Source: the human T2T-CHM13v2.0 reference genome, Homo sapiens. Taken from it: DNA of 64,000 nt. How positions within the stretch are numbered: position 1 is the first letter of the stretch; the number at the start of each line of letters is the position of its first letter. The translations under genes were made by a program, and so were the position numbers. The stretch lies in NCBI RefSeq assembly GCF_009914755.1, contig NC_060933.1; one strand, written 5' to 3'. Shown here one piece after another: positions 1-64,000 of the stretch. The notes beneath the pieces were generated by a model, which was not told the origin of the DNA, did not search any database, and saw only the letters and a list, made by a program, of their open reading frames with translations.

Positions 1-699
1 TTAGGCAGTCCCTTGATAAGTATAATACCTCTCAGCCAGGTTATTGAGTGTCAGTCAATTAGGGATTATTCTACCTGGAAATTACTTGAAGTTATGGGTA
101 TTCTGTGATGCTGAATAAGAACAAGAGGGGCCATGAGTATAACTGGGGCTAGGATTGGCATTCTTCTGTAAACATTGAGCCTTCTAACCATACTTACTTC
201 TTGGTTATGAGATACTATGCCATAAAGGATAACTAGAGTCATTTTATCCAGCTAAAATTTTGCATATTCACCTTGACCATAAAAAGTCTCAATAAAGATG
301 TATGATGTGTAAAACAAAATGAGGTATTATGTAGATTTAAAAAAAAATGGAATGATAAAGTTTTCAGTGAGTTTTGAACCCCCCAAAAATATGTAGAGAG
401 TGGGGGAGATGCCTTCTGCAGGCCAGGTCTAAGTGTCTGTAGGTGTCCAGAAATGGAGTTCTGTGTTTGAGTTGTGCTGAATGAAATCTCTTCTGTCTAG
501 AGCATCTGCAGCAGTCTTTTGGTGGTTTAATTCTTTCTGCTTTTTTCTCTACTTCCTTGTTTCCCCCCTCCAAATGGATAGAGCTTTCTGAAGTGTGTGT
601 GTTGCATATCTTTGTGGCTATTGCACATGGTTGATCAGAAAAAATAAAATGTTTGCTGGCGTGCATATTCTCATCCTTTTGTCACAAAAGTAATACTTA

Positions 700-895
700 A
701 CATGCATGAGTTTTGTTACTTACCAGGCTGTGCTCTAAATGAGGTGGTTGCTATTATTGTCTTCCTCTTACAGATGAAGAAATGAAGGGACAGAGACCTT
801 AAATAACTTATTCAGGGTCTTATAGCTAGTGAGTAGCAGAGCTGGGATTTGAACCCTAGCAGTCAAGCTGGCAGCCCATTCTTATAACCACAATG
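700..895 (-). mobile_element. MIR
   Basis: acagatgaagaaatgaagg...gctagtgagtagcagagctgggatttgaaccc. Confidence 0.7.
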
Positions 896-1274
896 AAATA
901 TTGTTTCTCAGCTCTGTAGTTGCTAGTCACCTAAGAATCACAGATGCCTAGAGGAAGAAGGATCCCCTCCCAAGCATCTTTTTATGCTTATTAATTTGGG
1001 AAATTTCCCAGACATCCCATCTTTTCTGATTTACTAAGGCTACAAGTTAGTTCTCCCAATTCATTTAGGTATTACTGTGCATAGGCTTTCCCACGCATTT
1101 TAGGTGTCACCCCGCAAGGATACTTACTGGTCCTTGTTTCCTTCATCAGCAGCATTAGAGCATTGCAGTAATCAGTTATTTTCAAGATCCATTCCAGCTC
1201 TGAGTAGCTATAAGTTCTTTGACTTCTGTTTCTTCACATTCAATTTTTCTTGTTTCAGCCTAGCATTCTCTTCC

Positions 1275-1574
<300 letters not shown>

Positions 1575-1713
1575 GCATTCCCTTCTTTTGAGATTTTGAA
1601 TCTTGATTCTGCACTCATGTAGTAACAGCTGTCCCTGCCAGCATTGCACCTGCCAACATTTGCACATTTCTTAAATATCCCTAAACTAAGTTGTTCATTA
1701 AAAAACTGAATAG

Positions 1714-2001
1714 AGGCTGGGCGCAGTGGCTCACGCCTGCAATCCCAGCACTTTGGGAGACTGAGGTGGGCGAATCACGAGGTCAGGAGCTCGAAATCAG
1801 CCTGGCCAACACGGTGAAACCCCATCTCTACTAAAAATACAAAAAAATTTAGCCGGGCATAGTGGTGCATGCCTGTAATCCTAGGTACTCAGGAGGCTGA
1901 AGCAGGAGAATTGCTTGAACCTGGGAGGCGGAGGTTGCCATGAGGTGAGATCACGCCTCTGCCCTCCAGTCTGAATGACAGAGTGAGACTCTGTCTCAGG
2001 G

Positions 2002-2039
<38 letters not shown>
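1714..2039 (+). mobile_element. Alu with a pure A38 tail
   Basis: ggctgggcgcagtggctcac...; A-run 2002-2039. Confidence 0.95.
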
Positions 2040-2041
<2 letters not shown>

Positions 2042-3748
2042 TGAGTAGAACAGAACCACTCCCTAAGTGTTCCGAGTATTGGTTTTTAGTTTTATTCTGT
2101 TTCAGCTATGCTTAACTAAGATTTTGTAGACTTACCCACAAAGATAAGTAACTGTTATTTTACTTACCTACCACACCCAGCTAATTTTCGTTATTATACT
2201 TCTTTTAGACCAAGAAACTAAAGCACAGCAAGGTTAAATAGCTTGTATAAGGTCACACAGCTAGTAAGAGGTAGATCCTGGATTTGAACCTAGCCAATTT
2301 GTTTTCAGAGCCTTTCTTAGGAAACAGGGCCAGAGAGACTGAATACCTTACCCTGTTAATACCTTACTGAAATGGAACTATTCATGGTGATCCTAATTTA
2401 TTGACTTAACTCTAACCTTTGCTATATTTTTACCTGTCTGGACCTTAATCCTCTATGCTGTTTATTTGTCTTCATTTGTTGTTACTGCAAGTTCACATTC
2501 ATATGGCAGCCATGGAATTCATACTATTATCAGTATATTGTTTCATCAATAAAAGGTGAATGTACCAACATACAAACTTCAGTGTTTTCTACTTTTATTT
2601 ATTTGAATGCACTAGTAGATCCTAGATTAATCCTTTGAGGGAGAGAGCTTACCTTAAAATAATAAAAAAGTATATCCTAATAGTATATGTGAGATTCAAG
2701 TTCTGATATTTTTGAAAAATCAAATATCTTTGCAGTGGAATGAATATGGTAGAAAATGTCTAATTCTTGTTCAGTGGAGATTTGGCCTTCCTAATTAATA
2801 GTATTTACTAATACTTGTATATTCTTTGTTTCTCCTACTCTGAATTTCATTTTTTAGTTTTTCATGTATTTGCAAGTTGAAAATTGATTCAAATTAGGAC
2901 TTTTATGCATTATTGTGGAATTTAATTTCACACATTATAGATTTTGAAATTTATTGTAATCTTGGCTCAGAACTATTGTTCCGAGTCGCAGTGTAATACA
3001 GTCTGCTGGTTGAATCTAATTAAGGTGTCGTATCACTTGCATGCAGTATGTATCTTTGCCTAGAATGTTCTAAAATTCCTCACTTGGGAATAACACTTTC
3101 CTCAGTTCTTGGTTTGATTGAAAAACCCAGCAATATTTGACGCACCGTATGTAACTCTTGTTTAAAAGGCAGACTTCGTTTATCTTTTGCATTTGTTGAC
3201 TATTTTAACCAAAATGCTCAACTGCACTTTCTAGCATGATTACTAATGGCTTGAGTATTAATCTTATTAATGTTACCTATATTCATTTGTCATCACTGCA
3301 TTCAAAGACAAGCACGAGTGTACTCCAGCTGTGGTATACAAATATTAGGGAAGTATAAATAATTTAGCAATTGAAAATTGAGTAGTTTGAAAATAAAATT
3401 GCTGCCTAACAATTACAATTTATAATTTTAAGGAAAATGAGCAAGTTGTCTCTTTATGAAATTATATTTTTACAATTACGGAGTTTACTACAGCATTATG
3501 ATTATGTATTGGTGAGATGGCCTGCCTCTCTTAGAACAGTGTGAAAAACAATTTCAAGCCACTGGAATTCCCAGGATTATTTTGCTTAGTCCATAGATCT
3601 TTTCTCCCTCTCTTCACTTGGATTCTCCCACTGTTATCTGTTTCTTGCTCTCCTTTGCAAGTTAATTGTCCCTTAAATAAACAAACACAAATTCTTTAAA
3701 GAATAGCAGAAACAAGGGTCCTATCTCTGACCATTTTTTGCTCTGTAA

Positions 3749-3959
3749 CAGTGTTTCTCAACATTAACACTATTGGCATTTGGACCACATAATTCTTTGT
3801 TGTAGGGGACTGTCATGCATTGTAGGATGTTTAGCAGCATCCATTACCTTTACCCACTAATTGCTAGGGGTAATCTCCAAGTAGTGACAATTCAGAATGT
3901 TTCCATACACTACCAGATGTCCCCTTGTAGGACAAATCATCCCCAGTTGAGCACCAGTG
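3749..3959 (-). mobile_element. MER20 (hAT-Charlie)
   Basis: cagtgtttctcaac ... cattgtaggatgtttagcagcatcc ... gttgagcaccagtg. Confidence 0.75.
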
Positions 3960-4761
3960 CCCTACAATATTGAACAAGTACTTAATCTCCCTGGCTGACA
4001 GTTGGTTTCTCCATTTGTATAATGTGGTTAATAGTCCCTGCCTACTACAGAGGGTAAAATATATGTACAAGTGTTTTGCGCATTTTAAAGCACGGTGTAC
4101 AAATAAGAGATTTGGTTAAGCCTGGCAGCAGAGCTCATTTTTGGACTCTATTTTGGCCAGTATTTCAGCACAGAGAATGAAGTTGAGAATGTCAGGACAT
4201 GGTAATGAGTCACAGGCCTTATGACCCACTTGTGGATGATACTCTACAGAGGTGTTCTGCCCAAATAGGGGAATTGGATGGGGACATTGCAGGAGGTGAT
4301 GTGAACAGGGCTTGCCTAGACGATGTGTACCTTACCAGACAATCCTGAGATTCTGAGATAGCTGCAGTGGGGCAGTGCTCCATTGGGAAGGCCTATGACA
4401 TTCCTCAGAATGCCTTTAGCCTTTCTTGCTGCACTGAGTATTTAGCACTTTTGGATACAAGGCTTTTGGCCAATGTGTCCATCTCTGGCCCTCAAAAAAG
4501 GAATACTACTTTTTGAATATTCCTATCTCCTGTTTATTTCAGATTCAATACATATTTATTGTCTCTTACATGCAAGGCAGTATGCCGAGTGCTTTCACAT
4601 ATATTCTGTTGGTTTATAATCCTGTAAGTGGCATTAGTTGTATCGCAGATAATAATAATGGTAGTAATAGTATCAGCAGCAGCAGTCGAAGCTAACATTT
4701 ATCAAGCTCTTACTGTGTCCATGGTACTGTGCTAAATGCTTTATGTATACTAAATCATTGA

Positions 4762-5025
<264 letters not shown>

Positions 5026-5489
5026 TAAATAGCTTGTATAAGGTCATACAGCTAGTAAGAGGTAGATCCTGGATTTGAACCTAGCCAATTTGTTTTCAGA
5101 GCCTTTCTTAGGAAACAGGGCCAGAGAGATTGAATAACTCTTACAAGCCCATGGAGCCAGTAAGAGGCGGAACTGGGATTCAAATATAATATATGACTCC
5201 AATCCATTCCTGTTCCAATGTGCCAAACACCACACTTCTCATTCACTTGTTTTCTCTGCTTCTTTCTGGATAGGATTGCTTCCATGGTGCCAGCTTATAG
5301 CAAAGCACAGGGGAATCTATTAAAAGATACTTTAAGAATTCAAAATAGGTTGATAAAAAGGGGTGATAAAAAGGCAAAGAGGAATTTGGAATCAGTATGG
5401 TAGAGCTCTCTTTATTTAGTACTTTGGTCTGAGTATTTATTTTTACATTTGGTTTCTGTGGAGTACTCCTACTTTTAGTTAAGAGTACT

Positions 5490-5569
5490 TTTCAGAATTG
5501 AAAGGCATAATGTCTCCTATTATGATAGTTTCAGAATTTAAAGGCATAATGTCTTTTTTATTATGATAG
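5490..5569. repeat. Tandem duplication of a ~40-bp unit
   Basis: tttcagaatt(g/t)aaaggcataatgtct...tattatgatag occurs twice. Confidence 0.9.
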
Positions 5570-6335
5570 ATCTGGTTATGGGCCTGTTATTTGTGTGTTG
5601 GAGCAGACCAGAAAGGGCTGAAACCTGGAATCAGACTTGTCCTTGAGGTGGACAGATGCTGGTATGGGGGAGGTGATGTGAAGCAGCTAAACCCTCATAG
5701 ATAGTGTATGAGTTTCCTAGGGTTGTTGTAACAAAATACTGGAGAGTGATGGGTTAAAACAACAGAAATCCATTCTTGTGCAGTTGGAGGGATACTGTTC
5801 AACCCAGTACAGATAGTGTCCAGAGAGTAAGCAGCAAACGGCTTTGCAAACAGCAGAGGGAAGACCACCCAGAGTACAGGGAATGAAGCTGATAGAGGAC
5901 ACTCTAGGAGCAGGCTGTGATCAGAGACTCAGGCAGCTCACGGCCTTTTGATCAGCACATAGGAAGCTCTTTGTTCCAAGCTGATCTCCACTCTCTATGG
6001 GACCCTGGCAAGAGCAAGCTGAAATATTTGAGACCGGGCAAATAAGCAGTTTGCCAAGAAAGAGAACAAGGCAAGTCCTCAGGACTGGGATCACGAAAAG
6101 CCTGGGTCTCAGGAATAAAGTAAAGCTCAGATACGAGAGTGGGGCCAAGTAGGTCAGGGCCAGTCATGCAGCAACTGTGACTCACTACTGCTGAGTCCCA
6201 GAGAGTTGGCTAGAGCATCTAAAACCCCTCCTTCCCAGGGATAGGCATGGAGCCCAGGCAGCAGTGAGCCTTCAGATTGGGGTCCAGTTGGCTGTAGATG
6301 AAGCGTGGTAGGGGAGAAATAAATTCAAGGCTTCA

Positions 6336-6635
<300 letters not shown>

Positions 6636-6775
6636 TTATGAAGGGTTACATTCATCGCAGAATTGTTTATGATATAATTAGGAATTGGTCTATGACAAAC
6701 TCCAGAGGGCCTCCAAAATGAATGAAAGACAAAATGCACTGAATAAGGGTTCTAGGTTAGAAATATAAGTGCAAG

Positions 6776-7745
<970 letters not shown>

Positions 7746-7771
7746 CAAAGAAGACAAGGACAAGCACAAGC

Positions 7772-7775
<4 letters not shown>

Positions 7776-7809
<34 letters not shown>
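7776..7809. repeat. (CA)n microsatellite
   Basis: About 17 units. Confidence 0.95.
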
Positions 7810-7811
<2 letters not shown>

Positions 7812-8172
7812 CAACTGTAAATGAATGCGGCTAGAAGGATGGAGGCAGATAGGTGAGGAAGCCATTGACTTGTACCAGCATTGGGGTTCTCTGTTCTTAT
7901 GAACTGTCTAGGATATAATTCTTACAGAATCAGTCCACCTTAAAGGTGAAGTGGAAAACAGACAGGTATGGATCACTCAGAGTCCTAAGATGTTATGGCA
8001 GGCTGGCTTTCAATTATGTTAAAGAAGTAATGAAAGTCCCAGAGAAGCATTGTCAAACAATGAATCTAAAAAGAAAGGGTCAAAAATCAGCCTCTCTGAT
8101 GAGAGTAGATGGACTGACCTACAAGTGTTTCCTAGGAAGAACAGTAGCTTTCATTTTACAAATGACTTTTAA

Positions 8173-9082
<910 letters not shown>

Positions 9083-9098
9083 TGACAGTTGCCTGTGA

Positions 9099-10872
<1,774 letters not shown>

Positions 10873-11019
10873 TGATTTTTTTTAGTTAATAATGTTTACC
10901 AAGTATTGTAGTTGGGTGAAGTCTTCAAGCTTAAAAGTAAACCTCCAGCATGTTATTACCTAAGGAATTTGTGTCAAGGCTGATTGAACCTGAATCTCTT
11001 AAATGCTTTGTTTTTGTAG

Positions 11020-58076
<47,057 letters not shown>

Positions 58077-58421
58077 TTGATGGATTCTTCCATCCTGCCG
58101 GATGAGTGTGGGTGTGATACAGCCTACATAAAGACTGTTATGATCGCTTTGATTTTAAAGTTCATTGGAACTACCAACTTGTTTCTAAAGAGCTATCTTA
58201 AGACCAATATCTCTTTGTTTTTAAACAAAAGATATTATTTTGTGTATGAATCTAAATCAAGCCCATCTGTCATTATGTTACTGTCTTTTTTAATCATGTG
58301 GTTTTGTATATTAATAATTGTTGACTTTCTTAGATTCACTTCCATATGTGAATGTAAGCTCTTAACTATGTCTCTTTGTAATGTGTAATTTCTTTCTGAA
58401 ATAAAACCATTTGTGAATATA
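58077..58421 (+). other. MELK: MELK 3'UTR (end approximate)
   Basis: AU-rich, repeat-free stretch between the TAA and about 15-20 nt past AATAAA. Confidence 0.8.
58400..58405 (+). terminator. Main polyadenylation signal AATAAA
   Basis: Several UGUA motifs upstream; U/GU-rich element (tcttttttgtatttgatttt) at about 58430-58450. Confidence 0.85.
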
Positions 58422-58456
58422 GCAGGCTTCTCTTTTTTGTATTTGATTTTGATCCA

Positions 58457-58462
58457 AATAAA
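58457..58462 (+). terminator. Second candidate polyadenylation signal AATAAA
   Basis: Hexamer 57 nt downstream of the first. Confidence 0.4.
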
Positions 58463-59022
58463 ACCTCAAATGGCTTCCTGACTATTAAGTAGAGACTATT
58501 TGGAGTATGTTTTATCTGTTATCAAATATGCCTTGGGCAGAAAAACAGATAAGAATTCATTTGCATAATTTTTTCCTGTCTGATTTAAGTAGGATTTATT
58601 GAGATCGTTAACTGTCACAGCTGTGGTTACCAGAGTTAAACAACACATTTAATATGTTGAATAAAAGAGTATTGACTTTAAGTATGTTTGGTCAACAAAT
58701 GATAAGTATCCGAACTATGAACCCCCCCTGAAATGTTACTTTATGGTAATTTCCCTAAGTCTCAATGTTGGCCCCAAATTTGTATTTTTATTTCATTTTA
58801 TTGGTCTCCAAAGGCTAGAACTCAAGTTATATTGGTATGGATTTCACCAATTAAACTAGTTGGAGAAAAAATAGCACTCCTTCTGGTCAGTAGTGAAGGG
58901 AATGTTTTGTCATTCATTTATTCAATAAATGTTTACTAAGTGCTTACAAGCATTAGGTCCTCAGGCTGAAGCTGCTACTGTCTAGTAAACCCAAGGATTT
59001 ACTAACTGTATTTGTAGCATAG

Positions 59023-64000
<4,978 letters not shown>

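Noticed and set aside
2002-2039. A38 run as a transcript end
   Set aside because: It is a genomic Alu tail and would only cause oligo-dT internal priming artefacts.
58077-58388. 103-aa ORF in the MELK 3'UTR
   Set aside because: Low-complexity hydrophobic translation of a U-rich UTR with no recognisable homology.

Overview
Human/hominid genomic DNA, not microbial. The window holds the 3' two-thirds of MELK (maternal embryonic leucine zipper kinase) on the + strand. Ten coding exons (exons 9-18 in the usual 18-exon numbering) splice at GT-AG sites into one open frame covering aa ~223-651: end of the kinase domain, UBA-like domain, TP-rich linker and KA1 domain. The frame stops at TAA 58074-58076, followed by a short 3'UTR with AATAAA at 58400. 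The rest is intronic or downstream DNA with about 55 Alus (about 38 antisense, 17 sense by hand count), old L1/HAL1/L2/MIR fragments, hAT and Tigger DNA-transposon relics, and LTRs. Almost all entries in the ORF track are Alu or L1 read-through artefacts. The strongest unexplained structure is a ~450-bp, ~97% identical non-Alu inverted repeat (50682-51137 / 52959-53408, with a 229-bp perfect core) bracketing exon 16. It could fold the pre-mRNA and loop out a frameshifting exon. Two clear and one probable further short local copy events (2-3 kb donor-to-copy distance) and a tight inverted Alu pair around in-frame exon 11 are also present. Repeat boundaries are approximate and repeat subfamily names come from remembered consensus sequences.
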